Assembly (NCBI GenBank): GCA_051294375.1
Contig: CM119263.1
Location: 31,417,476 to 31,481,475 of the forward strand
DNA length: 64,000 nt
DNA from: Paraspadella gotoi
Taxonomy: Eukaryota > Animalia > Chaetognatha
Direction of reading: 5' to 3'
A model generated the notes under the pieces. That model was not told the origin of the DNA, did not search any database, and worked only from the letters and a program-made list of their open reading frames with translations. Positions within the stretch are counted from its first letter, which is position 1. Each line of letters starts with the position of its first letter. Of the stretch, positions 1-31,680 are shown one piece after another. The translations under genes were made by a program, and so were the position numbers.

Positions 1-711
1 AAAATTATCACCCTACTATCAGCCGCAGCATCACCCCTTGTTTTTTTTTCAGAATTAATAAATAACCACAAGATCTCAGATCATCAAAAAAAGAAAAAAA
101 AGAAAAAAGTCAAATCTCATTTCTCCTTTTTTACGTCGACGGATAATAATATTTGTGCCAAATTAGTTCCCTTCCTTTTTTTCCCAGTTTTTTCGTCAAT
201 CGTGATGTTCTCGCCTCCACGTCTCTCAAGAAAAAATTAAAACAAGTTCCTCCTTTTCTCTCTCTCTCTCTCTCTCACTATCTGTCTGTCTGTGTGTCTC
301 TCCCTCTTTCTTTTTTTTCTCCCCCATCAAAGAGGCCAGCGACTGAAATTTTTAATTGTTTTTAACCCCCCTTAAAAAAAGCTGCACATCTAACAACAAC
401 AACAAGTCTTAACATCTTCGCCGCTTTTTTTTCCTTCGCGTTTCTCGTCTTTGTCTTTTTTTTTTGGTCGTCGTGTGGCACCGCATCAAAAATAAGAATT
501 CAAACAAAACTCTCCCCCAAGACAAAACAAAAAAAAAACAAAACAGCGGCGAATCAGCGGCACGCCCCCTTGTTATTTGATCTTGAAGCGAGAGTCGCCT
601 TCAGTTCAAGCGACAACTAAATCTTAAGAGAGAGAGAGCGAGACGATCCTCCCTAAAACCTCTCTCTCTCTCTCGCTCCGCCTCTCCCCATTCCCCCTTT
701 CTCCCTCCGCC

Positions 712-10088
<9,377 letters not shown>

Positions 10089-10594
10089 TCGCAGAGTAAA
10101 AAAAATTATCCTACTTTTTTTTTTATTGAAGACAATTGAAAAATTCCCCCATAAAAAAAGCGTCGGCGCTGCTCTGACGCTGCTGCGATATATATTCGAG
10201 GGTGGTTAGAAGAGGGAGCGATCCCTATTTTATTTTCGAACCTCGGAAGAAATTGTGTCTTTCTCTCTCTTTTGACGCCGAATGATCATCGCTAAAAAAA
10301 CTGATTTTAAAAGAGTGGACCCAATTTCATGTCTTTATAAATAATCCGGTTTTTTTAAAATATACTATATGACTTCCAAGATTTATCTTATTTTTTTCAA
10401 ATCTTGCGCGTGGGTCAAAGGGAGCGTTCTTGACATTATTCCACTAAGAGAGAAGTTTCTTTTTTTTATTATTTTTTTTAGATAAATGTTGTGGATTAAT
10501 TAATTCATCCGCGCGGTCATCCATTCCTTTTTCTAATCTGCATTTTAAATTTCTCCGCTTTCTGATATCGAGCGCGCGTCTCTCTCTCTCTCTC

Positions 10595-10658
<64 letters not shown>

Positions 10659-10869
10659 CCACACACACACACACAAACGGATTTCGTATGGACGTTGATT
10701 CTGTGTGTAACAGAGACAGGAAAAAACAACTCCATAAAATCTATCACTCTTTTTTATTATATCTGCATTAAAATTCATTTCTCTCTCTTTAGCGTTTTTC
10801 CATTTAATATAACGTAGCTGTACGGATATCTATTAGTATAATAAAAACCAAGAGACAAGGCATTCGCTT

Positions 10870-10959
<90 letters not shown>

Positions 10960-13900
10960 GTCACGAACCGTTCGTCCTCATGTCATCTTAATAATTATTA
11001 TTACAATTTCGCATGAATTATCTTTTTTTATTTAAAAGAAAAACCCAATCGAGTTTCTTTAAACTTCTCTTTGTCTCTTTTTCGCCGAAAAATGTGGAAT
11101 CTTGTCTTGTTAATATTATACAACAACAACAACTAGTCTCATTGTTAGTATTCGAATTTATTAATTTTTACGCCGAGCGTTTCTATTATTTTGTTCATTT
11201 TTGGTTTTTTGTCTTTACGATTAAAAAAAATGTCCGACGCCAATTTGACTCCTCGCGAACTTGAGCAAGCAATCATACGGTATCCAACTTTTTCGCAAGC
11301 TTTTTCGCAAGCTTTTTCCTTTTTAAATCCGCGAAAACTTTTTTAATTTTCATCCAAAAGGACGTAGCTTACTCTGTCGTCATTGCCCGATGTTATAAAA
11401 CGACGTATTAAAAACTGATTAGCCGTCGTTTTTTTAATTTTATTAGATGCCTTCTTGCGCGTTTGGTCGAATCATGTTTCTTAAATTAATAAGGACTGAT
11501 GCTATATCTTCGTTCATTGTTTTCGTAAAAAAAGTAATTAAATGGTTTTCTCTCTCTTTTTCTTTCTCTCTCTTTTATTCTTTCCTCTCTTTCTCTCTCT
11601 CTCTTTCTTTCCACTCCATTCTTTTCCCCTCAAATTTCTAAACGAATTTAGTTTTAATTAAAAAAAAAATGAATTAACTGTTTTTAAAACGAATTATTAA
11701 TATTTTAGTCAATTATTCTCTCTCTGGATCGCATCGCTTTTTCTTTCTCTCTCTCTCTCTCTTTTTATTTTCCCCATCCTAAAATCTACTTATAGTAATA
11801 ATAATAATAATAAATTCCTTTGCGAAGCTGTAAACCGCGCTTGTCGCTGTCGTTTTTCCCCCACGATTTAAAAAAAAATGGCTCCTCGCGACGCCGAGGG
11901 GAAAAACTCATAGTATCGCTATTCTCTGCGCCAATTTACTTTTTTTATGAATGTTACGATTAAAACAAAAAAAACCCTTATTATTAATTTTAAATGTTTT
12001 TAATTTGGACAACAAAAACCAAAGTTAATACAATAATCTTTCTCTTTCTATCTCGCGCATCTTTCTCGCTTTTTACCGCAAAAAAATGTAAACTGGGAAT
12101 AAATTGATTCTCTCTCTCTCTACCTCTCGCTCCCTCTCTCTTTCTCTCTCTCCCCCTCTCGCTCCCTTTCTCTTTCTCTCTCTCCCTCTCTCCCCCTCTC
12201 GCTCTCTATCTCTATCTCTATCTCTCATTCTCTCATCCATTAAAAATTATATAAAAAAAAAAGAACAAACTCCGTCTGCCAAAGAAAAAGAACGCCGCTG
12301 CTGAATCCATATTTACGTATATCCTTTTTCCCGATATCCGTTCATTGGCTTCCTAGTTTTTTGGATAATAAATTCAAGAGGAAATTAAATTAATATATCT
12401 TTTTTTTTTTTGTGGTTGAGGGTCGGACGACGATGGGTCGGGAGTTTGAAGGCATCCACATTGACCATATGGCTTAAAAACTTATTGCGTCTCCCATTGC
12501 TGTCACCTTTGTTGGTGTTGCAATTATTTTTAGTTGGGATTGATAAATCATCGACTAGGCGATTCTGGTCACAGTTATCAATGATACAATTAAGAAGAGG
12601 ATAATAAGTAATAACTCAAAAGTAATAACCTAAGTCACCATATCAGTGCTCTGTTTTTCAGTTGCACTGGCGATACTATCTCTTTTCTCTTCCATCTTTC
12701 TTCCACATTGCGATACTGCAATCGACAGCTTCTCCAATGATTTTCATTCATCGTGCTATTCTTTCATTGACTGCTTAAATTTGTCGATGACTTCCCAACC
12801 AAAGCAATTGCCCGACACAGTCATTGCCGATGCAATTTGCCGACAATGCCATTTCCAACTTTGCCGTAGTTGGTGAAATTAGCTGTCGATGTCACTCCCA
12901 TTGCAATCAGTTGCCATTGCTGACGCTATTGCTGGGGTTATTAGCCACCATCACCATATTTGATCCTATTGGCAAGCAATGCGATTGATGCTATCGTATT
13001 GCAATTTATCGCAATAAACACTATTGGCTGCCGACTTTTCCCGTCACAATTGGGCGGTGTGGTTGTCATCCCCCAATGCCGGTACAATTTGCCGAGAATG
13101 CCATTGCCGACGCGATTGGCTGATTCAATCGATCGCCATCTTTTCCCACCAATCGTCGTCCTCCTTCTGCCGAGGGCGACGCCGGAATTCCTTCTCCATT
13201 CCATCCGCTTTTTATTAAAGGCGTCAGTCAGTCTGTCAGTAGTCCCAATGGAGGAATTCCGGAGACTGCCCTCTTTTTTTTGCCTTTTTTCCGTTCAGAA
13301 TATCTCTCTCCCTACGTTTTCCATTTTTAACTGGATTTCTTTTTTTATTTTAGTTTTTTAATTTTCTTTTGGTCTAACAGTTTATTTTGGGGGGGGGGGA
13401 GTGAGGAATTATTTATCGGATCAACTCTCGTTTTAAATGTGTAATATATAGTTAAATGTTTTTCCGTATTTCTCTCTTTTTTAAGTTATCCTTCGTACAT
13501 CTTGCCGTATTTCATTGCTAGTGTATCGGCGAAACAAAACAAAAAACAAGAGGAATGAATTAATCTCGTTCTTAGAGAAACAGCAGCTCAGCTCAATGGC
13601 AGCATTAACGGATTTTAAAACTCTTCTTGTCGCTTAGGCTATAATGCTCCGCAAGGAAGATGTATTGTAATATTATCACGCAGTTATATATATATATTTT
13701 GAACGTTTCAATGTTTTCTTAACGTATAATCCACTTATTTTTTAGAGACAAATTTCCTGTAAAAAAAAATTACGGTTCGATTATATTTTTAAGTTTTTTT
13801 GTTTTTTTAAATCACAAATTCTTTTTCCTCATTCAATCCCCACTTTTTTTAATCTTTACGGATTAAAAAACAAACAAACAAAGCGTTAAAAACTTTTGTT

Positions 13901-16458
13901 TTAAATAAAAAGCTGTACGGAAGTCTATGAATTTTGCAGTGTTCTTATTGGCTTTAAAATAGATCCACCCTCATGGACTCCGGTTATTGCAAAAAAAAAA
14001 ATGCGAGGGAATCAATGAAGACAATTGACGTCACGTGACGAATTTCACCTTCATGTTAAGAATCGAGCTGAAATCCGGACAAATTTTTGGTGGAGCAGAC
14101 GAGCCTCTCTTTTTCTCATCCAGCATCTTGTACATTTCCTTTTTTTTTTTTTTTTTTTTTTGCATTATTATGGTGTGAAAAAAAAAAGTTTGTCATGTTG
14201 GCGCTCCTTGTTTCATTCTCTTTCTCTCCCCCTCCCCCCCCCTCCCCGGAATCAAGCCGTACGAAAACAAACGCTACCATAAAAAAATAAAATGCAAATT
14301 TTCTCTCTTGAGCATGTTCGCCACATTTCCTTTTTCCCTGTCTTTTCCCTTTTTCCCTTTCTTTTCCCTTTTTCTCCTCTTTCCTTATTCCTATCTTTCC
14401 CTTCTCTTTCGCATGTTCGTACACGTTATTTCTCGATTCTCCCCCTTGTTTTTTTTTTCTCGCCCCCCCCCCGGGAAACATTTAGTCGCCAACATGAGGT
14501 AACCTAAATCTGTACGCATTATAATTTTTCGTATATATATATAAAAAAAATAATATTGTGTGGCCTCGCGCTCGGGGCGACTTTATTTTGCATTTATATA
14601 TATTGACAACCGTGGTTCACTATTAGTTAACTTCTAATTTCTTAAATTATGATTAGAGATTGTTTTTTTCGTTGGGGAAGACGGAAACTCTCGTCAACGG
14701 TCAATAGCGACATTAAAAAAAAAATTAAGATTCCGGAAAACAAAAATGTTAACGAAACGAAATAATGTTTTCCCCTTTAAAAAATGTTTTCTTTTTCCTC
14801 TTCCGCTCTTGGTGAGAAAAAGAAATGAGTCGTTACGGTATTTGATTTTTTTATTATTTTTTTTTTGCTTGGGTAGTATTAGTACGGTTCATTTTCTGCT
14901 ATATGTGATTATTCGTTTTATACTACTTTTTTTGGTGTGGCAATGATTAATCGTTAACTAGTCACTTTTTTCGTTCATCCTTTCTTCCTCCACCCCCTTC
15001 CCCCAGCCGAGCCGCAAAAAACGTATTTTGAACCGTCAAACAGCTTTTCTTTTTTTTCAGTATCTCTACATTTTCGACTTTCATACCGCGAGGCCTTCCT
15101 CTTTTTCTGCCCAAGCGCACAATAGTACAATTTTTTGTTTTTTAATTTTCATTGTTTGTATTTCGTATTTTTAGCGAACAATGTTGACACATCGACCGTT
15201 GTCGCGTGTTTTCTGTCCATTTTGCCCTTTTCTCTCCCTTTCTCTCTCTCTCTCTCTCTCCCCATTAGCATGACTGTGTCATGAACGATGCTAAAAAAAC
15301 AAAACAACTAAAATTGTACAATAATGTAATTTGCCTGTTTTTTTTTAAATTACGGTGACGGACTGATCGATCAAACATTTTCTCTGAGAATCAATAGGAA
15401 CAAAAAAAAATGTAGCTACGAAACATAAACATATTCTGCTTTTTTGATTTATTTATCCAATATTCAGGGGTGATATATATATTTAGTCTCGCTATTGTCT
15501 GATTTTAAAATAATAAAAACTGTAGAGTAGAAAATCTTATATTACTATTAAATTGATTTTAGAAAAAAAAGCGGTTATGATTAAAAAAAAATATACGGAG
15601 ACTTGTTTTGTTTCTTTTTTATCACATATCACAACAATTGTGGTTTTTCAATTTTAACGCTTACCAATGAGATTTTTCTTTCTTTCTTGGAGCTCAGAGA
15701 ATGGCGACTCAATCAAGCCCGCTCCCCTTTCTCTCGTTTTTAGAACCACCTAGTTGTTACTTGGCAAGGTAGAATTATCAGCGGGCCTTGGTATCTTACA
15801 AAAATATAACCGTAAATATAGATTCCTTTGTTTATGGTATAATATCCATGCATCTTGAAAGAAATTATACCATTCTCAAATTCTTTTAATTGAAAAAAGG
15901 TTAATGGCATACAAAGTGAATGATTATGTGCATATTTTCTCGGCAGTATATTTCCTTTTTTTAACTTTTAAGTGTAAAAAATAAGTTTGACCGAGTAATA
16001 ACCTTATTCGTACCTACGATACTACATTTAAACACATGTATGCCACTAGCTTATAATATCACATACTATTATATCACCTTCATACCTGGTGTTTTGTTTT
16101 ACAATGTTTTTTTCTGGTAACCAGTTTTATGAACATTTCTTCTCTTTTATAAATACTCTTTTTATTATTGTAAACATGGCTAAATTTTTCTCATTGGACG
16201 TTACAAGTGTCTCCACCCATTTCTATGCTTTATTGCCAGTTTAAATGAGACAGTCATTTGATCCAAATCCAAGAGCTAGATCTGAGAACGAGAGAAATTT
16301 TCTGTCTTTAACTAATATATGACAAGATCGACAACACTACGAGCACCGTGGGATGACAAGCGAGACGTCCTTTCTGGATTGCCTAAGAGACGGATTTCTA
16401 TCAATTTGACGCGTTTGCAATTGATAAGATTTTAGAAAATCAATTTCAGTGTTTAATC

Positions 16459-16886
16459 CAGGGATGTGGAGCCGGAGCCGGAGCCGGAGCTGGAGCCGCC
16501 GGAGCCGAGCTTTTTTTGCCGGAGCCGGAGCCGGAGCCAGAATTTTTATCTGGCCGGAGCCGGAGCTGGAGCCGGAGCCGAAAAAAAATTTTGACCGGAG
16601 CCGGAGCTGGAGCCGGAGCCGAAATAAAAATGCCCGGCTCCAGCTCCATAAAAATAAAATAAGATTATAATTATCAAATTAAATATTAAAAAAAAAAGAG
16701 TGATGGAGGCCTTAAACCACCAAAGCCTGTCCAAAGTCAGGGGCAAGATAGCTTATTTATTAAATGAATGGATAATTTTTATATTGGTTGTACCAATTTC
16801 ATAATATTGATTTTTATAATTTATGAAAATTTTAAACTTACTTGTTTCATTATTTTCTATTTTTATNNNNNNNNNNCACATCCCTG
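16459..16886. mobile_element. Non-autonomous hAT-type DNA transposon (MITE) with (GGAGCC)n subterminal repeats
   Basis: Perfect 10-bp TIR CAGGGATGTG (16459-16468) / CACATCCCTG (16877-16886), flanked by an exact 8-bp direct repeat GTTTAATC (16451-16458, 16887-16894). An 8-bp TSD with a CAGGG terminus is typical of hAT. The interior contains an N gap. Confidence 0.85.
16697..16802 (+). repeat. Dispersed ~105-bp repeat, copy 1
   Basis: AGAGTGATGGAGGCCTTAAACCACCAAAGCCTGTCCAAAGTCAGGGGCAAGATAGC...GGTTGTACCAATTTCAT is near-identical at 33341-33446. Partial copies lie at 17796-17846 (+), 29462-29523 (-) and ~19222-19248 (-). Confidence 0.85.
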
Positions 16887-17256
16887 GTTTAATCAATATG
16901 AATATCGTTTTCAAGAAGGTTTAACCATTTGTTTCTTAATCTTAATTGGACGTTTACCAAATCAAGATATCGACAAAAAATAACAGCTTGTGTGTCACCT
17001 TTTTTGGGCATTGTGACACTGACAGCTATCTTTTAATTAATTGGAACGTATCAATTTGGCGCGGATTGTATAGCTACCTTCAGAAATCTGTTTTTGTTGC
17101 AACTGAAAGAAAATATAAACTGAAGTTGAGAATAATTCTGATTCCTGGTAGGTTTTTTACAAGCTCCGTCGCTTCATCCAGAATCGATATTGTTACGCAA
17201 GGTTGGGATGTTGCGTTCACCCCTTAAGCCTCAACAACTGAAAAATTGTTAAGTAA

Positions 17257-17356
17257 AATTTTACTTTCGCCGACCGAAGTTTCGGCGTCTTTTGAAATAA
17301 CCTTAACCACACTTAACCCTAAACCCCCGTTGGCCACGGTCGGCGAAAGTAAAATT
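17257..17356. mobile_element. 100-bp MITE-like inverted repeat
   Basis: Perfect 20-bp arms AATTTTACTTTCGCCGACCG / CGGTCGGCGAAAGTAAAATT, with degenerate CCTTAACC/CTTAACCCTAAACCC repeats in the spacer. Confidence 0.65.
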
Positions 17357-19797
17357 AATATTTGTTAATATTAATATTTATTCTGCTTGTATATAAATTT
17401 TATGTGTGCAGCGGGAGTCGCAAGTGGCAATATTTTGATACCGCAATAATTTTATTCTATAGACATGAATTAAAATCTTAATTGACAGTCTGTTTATGAA
17501 AACTTCGAATTTAGATGTCGCGATGGTTTGGAAATTCAATTTCATTTTTTTTCCGGAAAGAAACAAAAGGGGAACTCCTTTTGGGAATAAGAGCTTATTT
17601 ATTACAATTACTGACGGCTCTTTGCGACTTCGGACCCGCTGTGTCCGCTTCTGTCAGCTTGGCCTTTTCTATCTATAAATATTTAAAAATTAATTACTAG
17701 GGTATAGAGCCATATTATAAATTTTTTGTCCATTAAAAGTATCATTAAAAAAATATAAATATTCGTTTGAGCATGTGCTATTATTTTGTAAGTGCGATGG
17801 AGGCCTTAAACCACCATATCCTGTCCAAAGTCAGGGGCAAGATAGCATATAGGTCAGGCTGTAACTGTTTCGGAAATGGAGCGATAAAAATTCTCGAACG
17901 TAAATTCGTGATTTACTTCGCGGGGGTGACGATTAATCGCGTTTCTCTGACGGGTTGAACACTTTTTTCTGTCAATCGATTTTAACTTTAACAAATAAAC
18001 GGATCAGAATTTGATCAGACTCTGAAAACGATATATATGTACAATATATATGTATATGTGTGTGTGTATGTATGTGTATATGTATATATATGTACATTGT
18101 ACAATTGGGGGACAATGTATAGAGAACATCTCTCTTCTTATCGGCCTCATTAATTGATCTTTTGTCACTCATTACGCTCAGTCTGTTTAGATGATTTATC
18201 TTTTGTTAGCCATTTAATTACACATTCATTTTTGTTTCGTACCAACTTTCAGGCATAATTAAATTTTGTTGTTTGACACAATAATTGACAATCAGCAAAG
18301 TTCGAGGATTTCAAAGAACTTAAGCTCGATTCTCGTATTCACGTACTTCGAGATGTTTATGATTAAACTACTACTAACTCCTGAGCTACGGTTAGCTTAT
18401 AAGGCAATTATATTTAAAAGCGAGAAAAGGAAAAGATCAAGAATCCATCACCTGGAAGACGAGAGAGCCCCTTCGTCGCGACCGACAAGACCAGCAACTC
18501 TTTCTGCAACCGCATCCACGTCAATTTCATCGCGAAAGAATGAGGTGGGTGAGGTCGTAGTCAGTCTGTCAGTTTTAAACCTTATATCTCTTAACAGATA
18601 GCGCGGAATAAACGTCGAATGGTCGCAATGACGTTGATCGATGTGAGCCCAAAAAAAGTTTTGTTTTCCTCTCACCGTGAGACGAAACGGCGAAGACAAA
18701 AAGAGAAATCGTGACTCGATTTAATCGTCAAAACTTATTTCGATTTGACGGGGTTTTTTTTTATTTACTGTAAAGAATTTCGACTTTTTTAACTATCAGC
18801 TTCGCTCCTCCATATAATTTATTCTTAAAAACGTCGATAAATGTTTTTCGCTAAATTAACTTGAAAAAATATGAAGAATTTTAAAAAAAGTTGTTTTATT
18901 TTGCGTCGATGAATTGGGAGAAGAACATATTTAAAAAAAAAAAGATTTTTTTAAATTTTAGTTTCAAAAATTAAAATTTTTTTGTGCAAAAAATCTACTT
19001 TGAACAAATTTTTTGAAATTTTTTCTTGTTTTCGCTTCTGTTGACAAAGAAATTGACTATTTTTTTCTTTTTCCTCGGGATTCGATCTCAGATGTTAAAT
19101 GGAATTTAATGACTTTAAAGAAAATGAATGAAAAAACATCTAACGGTTTGAGCCACTACAGTACTTTTTTTGAATATTAAAAATATAGTGTGTAACTGAA
19201 AGAATTACGTAGCACGAGGATATGAAATTGGTACAACCAATATAAAATATATCAGAGATGGAAGTGTGGAGAGTGGCTGTCTGTGATGTCAGAGGCGCTG
19301 GGCATTTCACCGTCCGGGACGTGTCTTGACTTGAAAGGCATTCGTCCAACGAAGCACTAACTCATTCTCAAAGCTGTGGCAGACAACAATACCTTGATAG
19401 GCTGCAGCCAGATTATTTTTTAAAGAGGGTGGGGAAAGATAGAGGGGAAGGTAGTGGGGAGGGGAAGATGATGGGGAGGTGACCAGGTCGGCTGGGCCTG
19501 GCCCACTCCGTTATTACACATGTGCAACAAAAAAACGCGTCACTTTATAACATCGTCATCGATCGATGCATCATTTTTTTCGGACGACGATCTGTCATCG
19601 ACTTGGTCTCTTTGTCAGCTTCTCTGGTCCTGAGTCCACACGGATCCCTAGTTTCTAAACAGACGAACGAACGGAAAATTAGGAAATGCCTCTTTAAATA
19701 ATTGGCTTACATCAACTTGGTACACAGAAATCGAGACTTCTCCCCCTTTTTTTTCTTTTCTCGTCTTTTTTCGTCTGCTTTTTTCAAATAAATAAAG

Positions 19798-20543
19798 ATG
19801 GCGGACAAAAAGGAACCGAAAAGTCAAATCGCCGACGAACAGATTTGGCGGGAAACGATTTTGAAGGAATTGAAACATTTGATCTTCTTCACTCAATATG
19901 GATACAACCCTTACAACAAATACGAGAGGTAAGTCGACTGTCTCATCGGAAGATAAGTCAAGCGGAGAGAATCATTAATCTCTCTCTCTCTCTTTCTCTC
20001 TCAACAGTCTGGCCGACAAGCCAAACTCTCGCTCCACCACCTTCGGCACACCCGATCCGGACTTCTTCGTCTGCATGGACCGGAAGTACAACACGCCCAA
20101 GCTGAAGTATCCTTTTCCCCAGGCAAGGATGAATATGAACGCCGATGGAAAAATCCGTTTTCGATTTCGCGAAGGAAAAAAAATCAATCTTAATAAAAGC
20201 GAAGGGATCACGTGGGGAACCAGTTTGAATTTACAATTGAAGGATCTGTGATACAGGCTGTCGTAACATACGACCATTCGGGCGGTGTGTTCTTTTATTT
20301 AAGTGACAACCATTACTAATCTCGCCGTGCCATTACTGAAAAACAGAACTGACAAGACACTCTCCCCTTTTCACTTCCGTGCAGACCGAAGCTCAAGAGT
20401 ACGGATGGCACAGTACGGTTCTCTGTCCCGAGACGGCCCGCGACCCGCGCTTCTATCACGGATCCAAACAAAGCGAAATCACGAGATTCATGAACGAATA
20501 TTTCAAGTTGATCGACGCGATGAAGATGGCGGCAAAGTCTTGA
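19798..20543 (+). CDS. FAM183: FAM183/CFAP144-family cilia- and flagella-associated protein, 3 exons, 134 aa
   Basis: Exons 19798-19928, 20008-20122, 20385-20543 (405 nt). Translation MADKKEPKSQIADEQIWRETILKELKHLIFFTQYGYNPYNKYESLADKPNSR...PKLKYPFPQTEAQEYGWHS...DPRFYHGSKQSEITRFMNEY matches FAM183 hallmarks from memory (QI.RE...KEL, Y..NP, KP.S, KYP.PQTE.QE.GW, H....S.IT). Intron 2 requires a GC donor. Not present in the ORF track. Confidence 0.88.
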
Positions 20544-22546
20544 GGAGGATGAAGAGGGGGCAGAGGGACAAAAAGGCGATGGAACTAAAGCGATTGGATT
20601 AACTCGTTTAGTGGCACTTATGCGATGGGGAACATCGAGGGTGATGGGAACTTCAAAGGCAATTGAACTAAAGTTGTCATGTATCTTGACTTTTGAGACA
20701 AATTCCCCAGAGTATCATTTTTGGGGCGCCTGGGGTACGTGGGGAGGATTAAGGGGCGACAAGAGAGACGAGGCCTGATGATGAAGATTGAAAATAAATT
20801 GCCAACTGATCTTTGTTTTTTTTTATAGCCGAGTCGTTAAAAATATAAAAGGAAGAAAACCTACTAGTCAACAATTTAGTTTTCTATGAAATTTGCTAAT
20901 TCAGCGACAATAAGATTAAAGATTCTCTCCTCTTTTCTGTAAATAGTAACACTGTTTATTATCTCATCAAATAATGAAGGATTCTTTTTCAAAAAAAAAA
21001 GGGAAAACAATTTCAGCAAAACTCAAAACGAAAGTCCGTTTACTTGATAGTTTTTCATTTTCAATATTTAAAAGAAAAGAAAAAATTGCTCCTTTTTTTC
21101 TTGTTGGAAGCGAAAGAAGATATGAGCGAGAGTCTGAAGTAAGGAGAGGGGATTGGGAGAGAGAGAGAGAGAAAGATAAGAGCGAGGAGGTGGGGAGAGT
21201 GAATTGGGAGAGACAGAGAAAGATAAGAGCGGGGAGGTGGGGAGAGAAGAGAGATATAAGAGTGGGGAGAGGGGAATGCGGCGATTTTTAAGGGAGCGAT
21301 GAAGACATATCTAAGGATGCTGATATCTAGGAGGTGTGCCGATGAGAGGTTGGAGGAGGCGATTAACGAAGGGGTTGTGCCGGCGATAAAGGCCGAAACG
21401 AAATCCAATGAGATTCGCTCTCATCTCGTTTTTCGCCCGACGCGACGGCTCGTGGGTGGAAAGACTCCAGGGGGGCGGACTAAGGGGGGAAATGGGGTCG
21501 ATATAAGGTGGTCGGGGGTCGATGGAGGGTGGGATGGGCTTTGATCGACCAGGCGCGTGCCTTTCGGGCTGCAAGAAAGAGGAGCGTGGGTGGAAATCCC
21601 AAGGGCGGCTGCCGGATGGGAGGATGAGGAGACCAGGATGGGAGGTGAAAAACGCCCGCGGATTAAAATGAGAAACCAATTCGGTTGTGATTTTTAAACC
21701 CGAAAATTAAAAGATTTTTAAAAGAAAGTTGTAATTTATTTTACTTTTTTTTTTAACTTTAAAGTTTTGATTCTCACGATTTTGAGGCGAAACACGATGA
21801 CCGGAGCCGCGATGACTCTGTCTTAATCTCTCTCTCTCCTACCCATTTCTCTCACTCAATCTTATTATCTATCCACACCTCTCTCTTGCCATTCGTCTCC
21901 GCAAGAATCGTAACGTGTTTCTCTTTGCTTATCTTATCTTTACATAATTTAAACCCCTCTCCATCTCACTCCTTAGTATCTCCATCTCTCTCATTTCGCC
22001 CCATAACCTCATTCGAACCAAAACATAAAGAAACCGAAAAATTTTCATTTTAGAGAAAAAAAACTTTTCGATTTATTTTTTCAAACATAAAACGTGAAAC
22101 ATGAAATGAAAAAAAAACCCTCTGGCTTCGGAGAAATATGACTAACTAAAACGGCTAAATCGAAATGAGACGAGCTAAGACCCCAAAAAATACGAAGAAA
22201 TATATTTCGTCCTATTTCGCCTTCGCATTGCGGCGAATTTCGGCCTTTTTTTTATCTTCGTCACTTTAGTTAATCGATTATTCATAGTCACTTTCTTTTT
22301 ATTTATTCAACGACGCTTTTTCTTCTTTACTTCTTTCTTTCTTTTTTATTATTATTTTTTTTTATCTTTGTTTGCTTTCAAAAATTTTGAACGTTTTTTC
22401 TTAAATTTTCTTCATTTTTTTGCCTTCAGTGGAAGAACACTTATTCCATTTTTAAAATTTTCTTTCGTCTCCACTTTTTTCTCCCAATTTAATTTTTCTT
22501 TTTCAATTTTTCTCTTTTCAGTTTCGCTATTTTCTTCGTCCTCAAT

Positions 22547-30950
<8,404 letters not shown>

Positions 30951-31680
30951 AAGCCAAGAGTGTGAAGAGGATGCTTATCTTTTAGAATCGGAACATTATA
31001 AATTAACCATGTTAATAAACTATAAACTTTTAAAGAAACAAAGATTTCTTCATAATTTTACTTTAAGTTTAAGTTTAAAATATTATTGTGAAATTGTTGC
31101 TGTTGTTTTATTATTTTGTGGTTTGGACGGAAAAAAAGGGAAAAGCATTTTTTTCTAAATATAAAAGCTTTTTCGATTTATGGGAATCGGAATTGGAATT
31201 CATATGTCGATCGATTAAACGAAATAAAGTTGGGTTGATCTTCAGACATAAAAAAGTTAGATTTAGAAGGTAGGAGTTTACTGGAGATTGCAGCAGAGAG
31301 ACAACATTTATCTGAATAAAATAATTATAGTAAACTAGATAATGCCCTCAGCTCCAGTATGAGCTAAAATGAATGGATCCAGTCTATAGTGCAACAGTTT
31401 TCAAGTTTTAGCGATTCAATTTTATCTGTGTTATCGTAGTTTTATTGCAATTAAATGCGAAATCGAAAATTTAAAAAAAAAAAAAATTCGGTGTGAACAA
31501 CGACGATATGGTTTTCTTTAGCTAATTATTAAGACAGTATTTCGAATATTATAAAATTAAACACACGATATAAAATAACAATTAAAAAAAAACCAGTATA
31601 TAGGCCCTCATGAAAACAAATCGATATTTCGTGCTATAATGATATTACAGATCTAAAAAAAAGTTCATTAAAAAACTATC

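Noticed and set aside
10444-12304. ERERER / LSLSLS ORFs here and throughout the window
   Set aside because: Translations of (CT)n/(GA)n microsatellites.
12700-13140. ORFs 12646-13361
   Set aside because: Degenerate TGCCGA/ATTGC-rich repeat sequence; no recognisable protein and no good splice context.
17590-18720. Exon-like GC-richer patches, including minus-strand MKLTWMRLQKEL resembling an E2 enzyme N-terminal helix
   Set aside because: No HPN/catalytic-Cys exon found and no consistent splice model on either strand; left unresolved.
21290-21680. GC-rich segment with overlapping 81-122-aa ORFs
   Set aside because: No recognisable homology and no convincing start or splice sites; it may be transcribed but cannot be supported.
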